Positions 52,706 to 64,000 of a DNA stretch of 64,000 nt are shown here, one piece after another; position 1 is the stretch's first letter, and the number at the start of each line of letters is the position of its first letter. Where the stretch lies: contig OZ024754.1 of the NCBI GenBank assembly GCA_964016885.1, positions 40,858,001 through 40,922,000 on the forward strand, given 5' to 3'. Under the pieces are notes generated by a model. It did not search any database and had not been told where the DNA came from. It saw only the letters and a program-made list of their open reading frames with translations. A program made the position numbers and the translations under genes. The stretch is from Eledone cirrhosa. Its lineage: Eukaryota.

Positions 52706-52989
52706 CCTCTTAACTGGCAAATCGATATAATAACTACTCTTGGATTTCAAATTCAAGGTAGGTAACTCCTTTCTTGAGAGTTATTTCCCTTGAATCACCA
52801 GCCCAGCTTCTATCTTATCCTGATTTTATAAATTTATCATATATTTTCCGTAAACTGTATAAAAAAAATAAAATATATATATAAGTATAAGCCCATTGTA
52901 AAAATTCTAAAGCATTACAAAATCGACAAGTCATTGTAGAACTACACAAGACGAAACTAATGGAAGCCGTCTGCTGACTGAGTGACGTT

Positions 52990-53050
52990 ATTATCACGTG
53001 ACTACAGTAGTCACTTCCGGTGTGCTGTTTGTCTTTAGTCACATGACATC
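52990..53050 (+). promoter_or_regulatory. RNASEK proximal promoter with CLEAR/M-box and ETS-like motifs
   Basis: TCACGTGAC 52994-53002, CACTTCCGG 53012-53020 and GTCACATGAC 53038-53047, 75-130 bp upstream of the ATG. Confidence 0.6.
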
Positions 53051-53121
53051 GATATATAGTTGTAGGCTGCAACATCTGAGATTCTATTCATACTTTGATT
53101 TCAACACGTCCGTCATTAACC

Positions 53122-53199
53122 ATGTTTTCTTGTCCGGTTTGTGGCCCCAAAGTGTCCGTTTGTGGCATTGTGATTAGTGTTTGGGGTATAGTTATGCTG
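53122..53199 (+). CDS. RNASEK: Ribonuclease kappa / V-ATPase V0 subunit f, coding exon 1
   Basis: MFSCPVCGPKVSVCGIVISVWGIVML matches the RNASEK N-terminus (CGPK...CGIV.S.WG..ML); phase-0 donor CTG|GTAGGT at 53199/53200. Confidence 0.93.
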
Positions 53200-53760
53200 G
53201 TAGGTAAACCAACGCCATTTGTATTTCCTTCCTTTTTTAATATATTTACAAAGTTTTATATATATAGAGATTTATTTAATATTAGGGTCAACCTAATTTG
53301 GGTTCCTGCCATTATTAACCTACAAAAAGTTAGAATTATTTTTCTTGTGATCTGCCAATCTTTTTATTAATCTCTTTTTCTCTCTTTTCTGCCTATCTAT
53401 CTATCTTTTTGTTTGTCTATCTCCCTATCTAAAGAAATATATCTATCTGTCTCTCTATCTAGCTATTAAACAACCCATTTGTGGCGCCTCCCCCCTATTG
53501 TTGAAATTGTTTGTTTTTATATTTTTTACACGACTGTATGTAAAATCCCCGGCATGTCTTTGTATTGTCCCCTTTCTTGTTGCGCCCTTGTGGCTAATAA
53601 AGAAATCTATCTATCTACCATTACTCGTCTAACTACCCATCCCCTTTTCTCTACGTTTGTTTATTCTTTCGTCGAACAACACATCTATATATCTATATCT
53701 ATATCTCTCTCTATATATATATATATGGCTATATGATAATTACGTTACCTGTGTATGTGT

Positions 53761-53792
<32 letters not shown>

Positions 53793-53945
53793 GTATGTAT
53801 ATATAACGAAGAGAAAACAAGACAACGAACGAAAACAAAACTAAACGAAATATTTTTTGAAAACAAATAACACAAACGAAAGACACTGCAGAGTCTACTG
53901 AATGTACGTGTTTCCTCTTCGCCCCCAATAACCCCTACATACACA

Positions 53946-53976
<31 letters not shown>

Positions 53977-54009
53977 GACCAATGATTAATATGGTTCATT
54001 GATTTTACA

Positions 54010-54210
54010 ATAGATTAAAAGCACTCTACAAAGAAGTTTTCTGGAGTTATTAATATTATTCAGAATATTAAAAAATGAAGACATTCACATAATCAAAATA
54101 TATGTTTTATTATATATATTTCGAAGGTACTGTGCTGTTTTTTTTTCAGTACGTCCTCGTCAGTACGAGGACGTACTGAAAAAACAGCACAGTACCTTCG
54201 AAATATATAT
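54010..54210 (-). mobile_element. Fold-back element with hammerhead core in the RNASEK intron
   Basis: Palindrome about 54113-54210; minus arm CTGACGA-GGACGTACTG...CAGTACCTTC-GAA-ATATATAT-A^ATAAAAC; tail ACTCC...TAGAGTGC at 54019-54048. Confidence 0.75.
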
Positions 54211-57181
54211 ATGTGTGTATATGTATATATATATGTATATATATATATGTGTATATGTATATATATATGTATATATATATATGTGTATATGTATATATAT
54301 ATGTATATATATATATGTGTATATGTATATATATATGTATATATATATATGTGTATATGTATATATATATATGTGTATATGTATATATATATGTATATAT
54401 ATATATGTGTATATGTATATATATATGTATATATATATATGTGTATATGTATATATATATGTATATATATATATGTGTATATGTATATATATATGTATAT
54501 ATATATATGTGTATATGTATATATATGTATATATATATATGTGTATATGTATATATATGTATATATATATATGTGTATATGTATATATATGTATATATAT
54601 ATATGTGTATATGTATATATATGTATATATATATATGTGTATATGTATATATATGTATATATATATATGTGTATATGTATATATATGTATATATATATAT
54701 GTGTATATGTATATATATGTATATATATATGTGTATATGTATATATATGTATATATATATATGTGTATATGTATATATATGTATATGTATATATATGTAT
54801 ATATATATATGTGTATATGTATATATATGTGTATATGTATATATATATGTATATATATGTGTATATGTATATATATATGTATATATATATATATGTGTAT
54901 ATGTATATATATATGTATATATATATATGTGTATGTGTATATATATATGTATATATATATATGTGTGTGTATATATATATATGTATATATATATATGTGT
55001 GTGTATATATATATGTATATATATATATGTGTGTATATATATATGTATATATATATATGTGTGTATATATATATGTATATATATATATGTGTGTATATAT
55101 ATATGTATATATATATATGTGTGTATATATATATATATGTATATATATATATGTGTGTATATATATATATGTGTGTATATATATATGTGTGTATATATAT
55201 ATGTGTGTATATATATATGTATATATATATATGTGTGTATATATATGTGTGTATATATATATGTGTGTATATATATATGTATATATATATATGTGTGTAT
55301 ATATATATGTATATATATATATGTATATATATATATGTGTGTATATATATATGTATATATATATATGTGTGTATATGTATATATATATATATGTGTGTAT
55401 ATATATATGTATATATATATATGTGTGTATATATATATATGTATATATATATATGTGTGTATATATATATATGTATATATATATATGTGTGTATATATAT
55501 ATATGTATATATATATATGTGTGTATATATATATATGTATATATGTGTGTATATATATATGTATATATATATATGTGTGTATATATATATATGTATATAT
55601 GTGTGTATATATATATGTATATATATATATGTGTGTATATATATATGTGTGTATATATATATGTATATATATATATGTGTGTATATATATGTGTGTATAT
55701 ATATATGTGTATATATATATGTGTGTATATATATGTGTATATATATATGTGTGTATATATATATGTATATATATGTGTGTATATGTGTGTATATATATAT
55801 GTGTGTATATATATATGTATATATATATATGTGTGTATATATATATGTATATATATATATGTGTGTATATATATATGTATATATATATATGTGTGTATAT
55901 ATATATGTGTGTATATATATATGTATATATATATGTGTGTATATATATATGTATATATATATGTGTGTATATATATATGTATATATATATATGTGTGTAT
56001 ATATATATGTGTGTATATATATGTGTGTATATATATGTGTGTATATATATGTGTGTATATATATGTGTATATATATATATGTGTATATATATATATGTGT
56101 ATATATATATATGTGTATATATATGTGTGTATATATATGTGTATATATATATATATGTGTATATATATGTGTGTATATATATGTGTATATATATATATGT
56201 GTGTGTATATATATGTGTGTGTATATATATGTGTATATATATGTGTGTGTATATATATGTGTATATATATATGTGTATATATATATGTGTGTGTATATAT
56301 ATGTGTGTGTATATATGTGTGTGTATATATATGTATATATATATATGTGTGTATATATATGTATATATATATATGTGTGTGTATATATATGTATATATAT
56401 ATGTGTGTGTATATATATGTATATATATATATGTGTGTGTATATATATGTATATATATATGTGTGTGTATATATATGTATATATATATGTGTATATATAT
56501 GTGTGTGTGTATATATATATGTATATAGATATGTGTGTATATATAGATATGTGTGTATATATAGATGTGTGTGTATATGTGTGTATATGTATGTGTGTAT
56601 ATATATATGTGTATATATGTGTGTATATGTGTGTGTATATATGTGTGTACATATATGTGTGTGTACATATATGTGTGTGTATATATGTGTGTATATATGT
56701 GTGTACATATATGTGTGTGTGTATATATATGTGTGTATATATGTGTGTGTGTGTATATATATATATGTGTGTGTATATATATATATGTGTGTGTGTATAT
56801 ATGTGTGTGTGTGTATATATATATATGTGTGTATATATATGTGTGTATATATATGTGTGTGTATATATATGTGTGTGTATATATATGTGTATATATATAT
56901 GTGTGTATATATATGTGTGTATATATATGTGTGTATATATATGTGTGTATATATATGTGTGTATATATATGTGTATATATATGTGTATATATATATATGT
57001 GTATATATATATATGTGTATATATATATGTGTGTATATATGTGTATATATATGTGTGTATATATATATATGTGTGTATATATATGTGTGTATATATATAT
57101 ATGTGTGTATATATATATATGTGTGTATATATATGTGTGTATATATATATATGTGTGTATATATATATGTGTATATATATA

Positions 57182-57222
<41 letters not shown>

Positions 57223-58443
57223 ATATGTGTGTGTATATATGTGTGTATATATGTGTGTATATATGTGTGTATATGTGTGTGTGTACATATATGTGTGTGT
57301 ACATATATGTGTGTTTATATATGTGTGTGTGTATATATGTGTGTGTGTATATATGTGTGTGTGTGTGTATATGTGTGTATATGTGTGTGTACATATATGT
57401 GTGTATATATATATGTGTATATATATGTGTGTATATATGTGTGTGTGTGTATATATATATATGTGTGTGTATATATGTGTGTGTATATATGTGTGTATAT
57501 ATATGTGTGTATATATATGTGTGTGTATATATATGTGTGTATATATATGTGTGTGTATATATATGTGTATATATATATGTGTATATATGTGTGTATATAT
57601 ATGTGTGTATATATATATGTGTGTATATATATATGTGTATATATATATATGTGTGTATATATGTGTGTATATATATATGTGTGTGTGTATATATATATAT
57701 ATATGTGTGTGTATATATATGTGTGTATATATATATATATATGTGTGTGTGTATATATATATATATATGTGTGTGTGTATATATATATATATATGTGTGT
57801 ATATATATATGTGTGTATATATATATGTGTGTATATATATGTGTGTATATATATGTGTGTATATATATATATATATGTGTGTATATATATGTGTGTATAT
57901 ATATATATATATGTGTATATGTGTGTATGTGTATATGTGTGTATGTATATATGTGTGTATGTATATGTGTGTATGTATATGTGTGTATGTATATATATGT
58001 GTGTATATATATGTGTGTGTGTATATATATATATGTGTGTATATATATGTGTGTATATATATGTGTGTATATATATGTGTATATATATATGTGTATATAT
58101 ATGTGTATATATATATGTGTATATATATATATATGTGTATATATATATATATGTGTATATATATATATATGTGTATATATATATATATGTGTATATATAT
58201 ATGTGTATATATATATGTGTATATATATATATGTGTATATATATATATGTGTATATATATATATGTGTATATATATATATGTGTATATATATATATGTGT
58301 ATATATATATATGTGTGTATATATATGTGTGTGTATATATATGTGTATATATATATATGTGTGTATATATATGTGTATATATATATATGTGTGTATATAT
58401 ATGTGTATATATATGTGTATATATATATATATATGTGTGTATA

Positions 58444-58486
<43 letters not shown>
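54211..58486. repeat. 4.3-kb (TA)/(TG) compound microsatellite
   Basis: Almost uninterrupted purine-pyrimidine alternation; source of the >1000-aa spurious ORFs. Confidence 0.98.
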
Positions 58487-58489
<3 letters not shown>

Positions 58490-59227
58490 GAACGATCGAC
58501 TTTCGTCAAATCGGACCGAGGAAACAATGTTTCCATTGGTCCTTCCAATTGCTAATACTGTCTATCGGTCGCAACTCCAGGTAGAAGGAGCAACGTGAAA
58601 TAAAGTGTCTTGCTCAAGGACATAACGCATCACCCGGTTCTGGAATCGGCCTCACGATATATATGAGAGAGTGGAGGGGTGGCATGGGTTCGTTCCTCTC
58701 ACAAAGAGTTTAAACAGTGGAGACAACGGAGTTGTTTTGCATAATATTGACACAAACTAACTGAAGAACGTTTGAGGGTGAAGTGTTCTATATTCAAACT
58801 TTGATCCTCATCTAATACATAACACACACCACACACCAGACCCCCCCCCCCCCACACACACACACTACACACGCCACACCACGCCACACAGACACACACC
58901 ACACACCACACACCACTCTGGCCTTGCGTGTATCTTTGTGTGGGTTGCTGTTAAATTTAGTCATATTTTACTAACGAATCAACGGGGGGCGGCTTTTCAG
59001 TGGTCACTCAACACGCTAGTAACAGCAGCCAACTCTTCTTTAAATCACATTCTACCGTCTGAAGCAGGACGCAACACTGGTTTATGCCCTCTACATTCTA
59101 TACCCAATCAAGATTATGACGAGATGTTCATGACTGGAGCGTCGTTTTATGATATGTCAAGTTAGATTAGAGCTAATATGAGGCTAAAAACAACAACAGG
59201 AACGTCAGGAGCCCCCCCCCCCCCCCC

Positions 59228-59460
59228 CCGCGAGGTGGGGTGGCTGTTGCAGCAGGTGTCGCTGGCCATTGTCCGCGGAAATGCCTTTGCAGGTTTGTCC
59301 GCTGGGCGCAGCGCAGCCCAAACACCGAACCGCTCTAGGCCCAGAGCCCATCACCCTCTCCTCGTCTTCCTCCCTTCTGCGGTCCAAGTGTCCTTGCTTT
59401 TCCTCTCATTTATGGCATTTATAGTCCTTTCCTCTATTTTCCCATACAGCCAGATCTGCC
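59228..59460 (+). mobile_element. 3' end of an RLE-type non-LTR retrotransposon
   Basis: REVGWLLQQVSLAIVRGNA; its 3' part is homologous to the minus-strand piece at about 32220-32370. Confidence 0.65.
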
Positions 59461-59899
59461 CTTCTTTACCCCTTCCCCCCTTTTCTCATTACTTTATTTT
59501 GCTTTTATCTTTCTTTTTCATAATTATGTAATCATCAATGGTTTTTAAGCCAGCTTTGTGAATAAAATAAAGTACTCGTTTTTACAATACACATACAAAC
59601 GAGTAACTTTGTACAATTCGCGACAAATTTGTAGTGTTAAATTAATTCCGTGTGGGACCATGTTCATTCGATGGAGTCAGCCTTATTTTCATTCCTCTCT
59701 TCATGATCAATACGTACCCATTGATTCATTTAACTACATCTCTCTACCAAACATTTAGAGGTGTTCAGAGACAGCAAAAGTGTTGATGGTTAAGAAATAA
59801 GAGGACATTGGTGTAAAACTGGAACCTGACTTAATAATGTATTCTGGCAGATTATTTGCCAACTTCGTAACTAGAAGTCCCCCTTCATGCCTGCTAGCA

Positions 59900-60180
59900 G
59901 GACCCTTTGGGGGCTGAGATCACCTGAGCAATTAAATACTGACCTGTCAGAGACTGAGGTCACCTGATCCCTCGGAGGCGCTGAGATCACCTGAACATTT
60001 AAAGACTGACCCCTCGGAGGCTGAGGTCACCAGAGCGATTAAAGACTGACCCTTTGGGGGCTGAGATCACCTGAGCAATTAAAGACTGACTCCTCGGAGG
60101 CTGAGGTCACCTGAGCAATTAAAGACTGACCTCTCAGACGCTGAGGTCACCTGAGCAATTAAAGACTGACCTCTCGGAGA
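59900..60180. repeat. Minisatellite, about 39-40-bp unit, about 7 copies
   Basis: gctgaggtcacctgagcaattaaagactgacc. Confidence 0.9.
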
Positions 60181-61282
60181 TGTGATTTGAAGGAGATTTT
60201 GGTTGCTATTTCTAGTTATATTATCTACCATGTAGAGGCTCTGTCATCAGCTAGTTATATTGTCTTTAGATGACACACCTGCTCCACTTCTAGTTCTTAT
60301 GAATTCTTTAAGATATTTACTATGTTTTCACTATCATTGTTTGTCTTGAAGTACTTAGTCCAGGTGGAGTTCCACATAGAATCACTTAGCCATTAAGATA
60401 GTTGCATTGTTTCATACATCTCACACACACACACACACACAGTCACACAGGCATATACATAGATACATACACCTCACACACACAGCCACACCACACAGAC
60501 ATATACATAGATACATACAACCACACACACAGACATATACATAGATACATACACCTCACACACACAGCCACACCACACAGACATATACATAGATACATAC
60601 AACCACACCACACAGGCATATACATAGATACATACACCTCTCACACACAGCCACACCACACAGACATATACATAGATACATACAGCCACACCACACAGAC
60701 ATATACATAGATACATACACCTCACACACACAGACATATACATAGATACATACACCTCACACACACAGACATATACATAGATACATACACCTCACACACA
60801 CAGCCACACCACACAGACATATACATAGATACATACAGCCACACCACACAGACATATACATAGATACATACAGCTCACACATAACACATCTCACACACAG
60901 ACATACACACAGTCACTTAGCCATTGACTCTTGCATTCTTTCACACATCTCGCACATCTCTCATATATAGACATACATTTCACATACATACATTCCACAT
61001 ATAGATGTATATACATACATATCACACACACACACACACACGACAACTCCCGCATCAAATGGAACGAAACCGTCTAACCCATGCTAGCGTGGAAGATGGA
61101 CCTTACACGATGATATATATATATATATCACTCACACACACATACATACATACATACATACATACATACATACATACATACATCTCTCATACCGATATAC
61201 ATACATCACACACACACACATACACCACACCACACCACACCACACCACACCACACCACACCACACATTTTCTCATACAGATA

Positions 61283-61455
61283 ACTGTTTCTACTATAGGT
61301 ACAAGGCCAGCAATAACCCAGTACATTACTGGTACTTTATTTTATCGACCCTCCCGTAAGGATGAAAGGCAAAGTTTACTTTGGCGGGATTTGAACACAG
61401 AATGGCAAGGGCCGTAACTCTCTGCGTCAAAGCATGGCGTCCGACCCTCTGCCAA
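61283..61455 (-). mobile_element. Nin/Deu-domain SINE
   Basis: Reverse complement of the family consensus. Confidence 0.85.
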
Positions 61456-61709
61456 TTACCGACAGATAACCCATGCTAGCGTGGAAGATGGACGTTAAAC
61501 AATGATGATGATGATGATGATGAGATAGATACACCTCAACTCTTTTCTCAACAAACACACTCTCAATTACATTTATGCATACAACACACACACACACACA
61601 TATATACTAGTATAGTAACCGTCAAAAGATTGTGGGGGTTTAAAAAATATTTAATTTGATTATTCCTTGATTATAACATGCTATGATTAAAACCTCAATT
61701 TTTCTAACC

Positions 61710-62385
61710 CCTCCCCTCCATGTCACTCTAGCAATTTTCCTCACCCCTCTCTCCCCCATGTCACTCTAGCAATTTTCCTCACCCCTCTCTCCCCCATGTC
61801 ACTCTAGCAATTTTCCTCACCCCTCTCTCCCCCATGTCACTAGCAATTTTCCTCTCCCCAATGCCACTAGCAATTTTCCTCTCCTCTCTCCCCAATGCCA
61901 CTAGCAATTTTCCTCTCCTCTCTCCCCCATGCCACTAGCAATTTTCCTCACCTCTCTCCCCCATGCCACTAGCAATTTTCCTCACCTCTCTCCCCCATGC
62001 CACTAGCAATTTTCCTCACCTCTCTCCCCCATGCCACTAGCAATTTTCCTCACCTCTCTCCCCCATGCCACTAGCAATTTTCCTCTCCTCTCTCCCCCAT
62101 GTCACTAGCAATTTTCCTCTCCTCTCTCCCCAATGCCACTAGCAATTTTCCTCTCCTCTCTCCCCAATGCCACTAGCAATTTTCCTCTCCTCTCTCCCCC
62201 ATGCCACTAGCAATTTTCCTCACCTCTCTCCCCCATGCCACTAGCAATTTTCCTCACCTCTCTCCCCCATGCCACTAGCAATTTTCCTCACCTCTCTCCC
62301 CCATGCCACTAGCAATTTTCCTCACCTCTCTCCCCCATGCCACTAGCAATTTTCCTCACCTCTCTCCCTCATATCAGTCTAGCAA
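61710..62385. repeat. Minisatellite, about 34-36-bp unit, about 19 copies
   Basis: ctagcaattttcctcacctctctcccccatgcca. Confidence 0.95.
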
Positions 62386-62521
62386 TTGCTGTATTTAATT
62401 TTAGTATTAAAAGTTTAGTCCGTTATGACCCTCACAACCCATGTCAGCGCAGTTAAATGATGATATGTATTAGATAGGTTTTATTTTTTCTATTGTATCT
62501 ATATATTTTTTCTCTTTCTAG

Positions 62522-62743
62522 TCACTAATGGGTGTATTTCTACACATACGGAGTCCTGCTTTCTTCGAGGATTTACCCATTTCTGATTGGGAAGCTAACG
62601 GTCACCATCCTGACTATATTAACAAAATGTATTCACAGGCATCTGTTAATTGTTTCATCGCAGCTGGACTCTATGTAGCAGTATTGGTATTCTCGATAGT
62701 TCAACAGAGACAGAACGCCAGAGCCAGTTATGTCCTTTCCTAG
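62522..62743 (+). CDS. RNASEK: Ribonuclease kappa / V-ATPase V0 subunit f, coding exon 2
   Basis: Acceptor tttttctctttctAG|TCA in phase 0; SLMGVFLHIRSPAFFEDLP...YSQASVNCFIAAGLY...; spliced product is 99 aa with two hydrophobic segments. Confidence 0.95.
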   Translation, partial: SLMGVFLHIRSPAFFEDLPISDWEANGHHPDYINKMYSQASVNCFIAAGLYVAVLVFSIVQQRQNARASYVLS

Positions 62744-63115
62744 TGAAAACTGGAAGAGTTTTGTGTGTGAACAAGAATTGGGCTGCTTCTCTTGAACTGA
62801 CTTCAGATGAAAGAAACCGAAATATAAACTAGAACTTGATGTTGAAAACAAAAGTTTTACAAAGATTTGTGTTCATCAGTCATGGAAACAGAGTAAAGTT
62901 TTGATAAGCGATAGGCTTGCTCAATTTTTAGGTGTGTGTGTGGACAGATTTCTCTCTTCCTAGTCAAGAAAATTTTAACTAAATTTAAACTGGTAGTTGA
63001 GATGTGTAATTAAACCAAATGGATAACTGTCAGTTAATTAATTGTTGAAGATATGGAATTGATCAATAGATGTACTTTTTTCTTTTCTTTTTATTCAATA
63101 CGGATTGGAAAGAAA

Positions 63116-63121
63116 AATAAA
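63116..63121 (+). terminator. Candidate poly(A) signal of RNASEK
   Basis: AATAAA followed by GT/T-rich sequence; alternatives at about 63246 and 63319. Confidence 0.45.
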
Positions 63122-64000
63122 ACATTCCCTGCATTGTTTAAATGTATTTTGTAATGCTGAACCTCGTTTATATATATTTTGTTTGGGGATGTATGTGGTT
63201 ATTTTTTTTGTGTAATTGTTTGCAATAAGATACTGTTAATATTGAAATAAAATTTGTTGAAATTTACCTTGCCCCTTTTTTTTGTAAAGGGAGAATATCT
63301 GCAGTTATTGATATGAAAAATAAATATGGTGAGACTAGAAGTTATAGTTTTTAGGGGTAAACAATATTGAACTTGAGAAGACTCACAGCACATTTTTCAC
63401 TACCATGCAGCACTGTACATTATAGAGCCTCTAAACTCCCATCCTATCCTTATACTCTCGGTTCATCCACTGCTAATTAGACCACCTGGATAGCAGAAGC
63501 TATCAACTACGTCTGTGGATCCTTCCTGTGACTGGAAAAAGTTTATATCATTAGCAGTCTTCCTCACAATTTCTCCTGTGCATCTTCTAAAAGCAAATTT
63601 CAGGAAAGAATTGCTGGACAGATTTTATGGGCAAAACCAACTGGAAGGAGACCCAGGGGTAGACCTTGAATAAAATCAATAAGCTTGACTGGATCAATTG
63701 GAGACAGTTGCTTCTGACAAGACCCACTGGGAGGAGTGTGAGGACTCTTCCCCCCAGGAACAAGAACATACACACTATGATTTGGCAGGAAAGTCTATAT
63801 TTTGAAACAGGATTCTAAGTTATAAATATACATACCACTACAATATGGAAGGACTTTCCGTTGTGCAGGACCTTAAATACATATCTCCTGATGGCGCCAG
63901 TGGACAGACTAGGGAAAGCATTATCTTGGCGGAGTGAAGGTGATACATTGAAATAACCAGTTTAATTTATTAGCAGGAGAATATAGTAACTAAGGGAGGT

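Noticed and set aside
53095-53370. 91-aa ORF as a stand-alone gene (and 62528-62743 as a separate gene)
   Set aside because: These are RNASEK exon 1 read into the intron and exon 2; phase-0 GT-AG splicing joins them
54093-58598. ORFs of 677-1462 aa ([12 protein letters not shown]), and similar ORFs throughout the window
   Set aside because: Translations of (TA)/(TG)/(CA) microsatellites, which lack stop codons by construction

Overview
Eukaryotic, AT-rich, microsatellite-saturated animal DNA. The tRNA-derived Nin/Deu-domain SINEs and overall repeat landscape suggest a cephalopod, probably an octopus (inference). Recognisable genes are a divergent replication-dependent histone H2A/H2B pair with 3' stem-loops, an intronless BTB-BACK ORF, an orphan 269-aa ORF, and a two-exon RNASEK (V-ATPase subunit f) gene with a 9.3-kb intron. 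A deleted Tc1/mariner element separates the H2A stop codon from its stem-loop. Most long ORFs in the track are microsatellite artefacts. The most striking unexplained structure is a set of several sequence-unrelated short elements inserted in (TA)n tracts. They share three traits: (i) type-I hammerhead ribozyme motifs, about ten complete plus several truncated; (ii) fold-back (inverted) architecture, often hinged at ribozyme landmarks; (iii) a covarying RCTC...GAGY 3' element just downstream of where the inverted copies stop. A decayed Penelope-like GIY-YIG element (Naiad-like CxCx5C) in the window has the same architecture and marks the likely mobilising machinery. All coordinates were read by eye; repeat boundaries are approximate.
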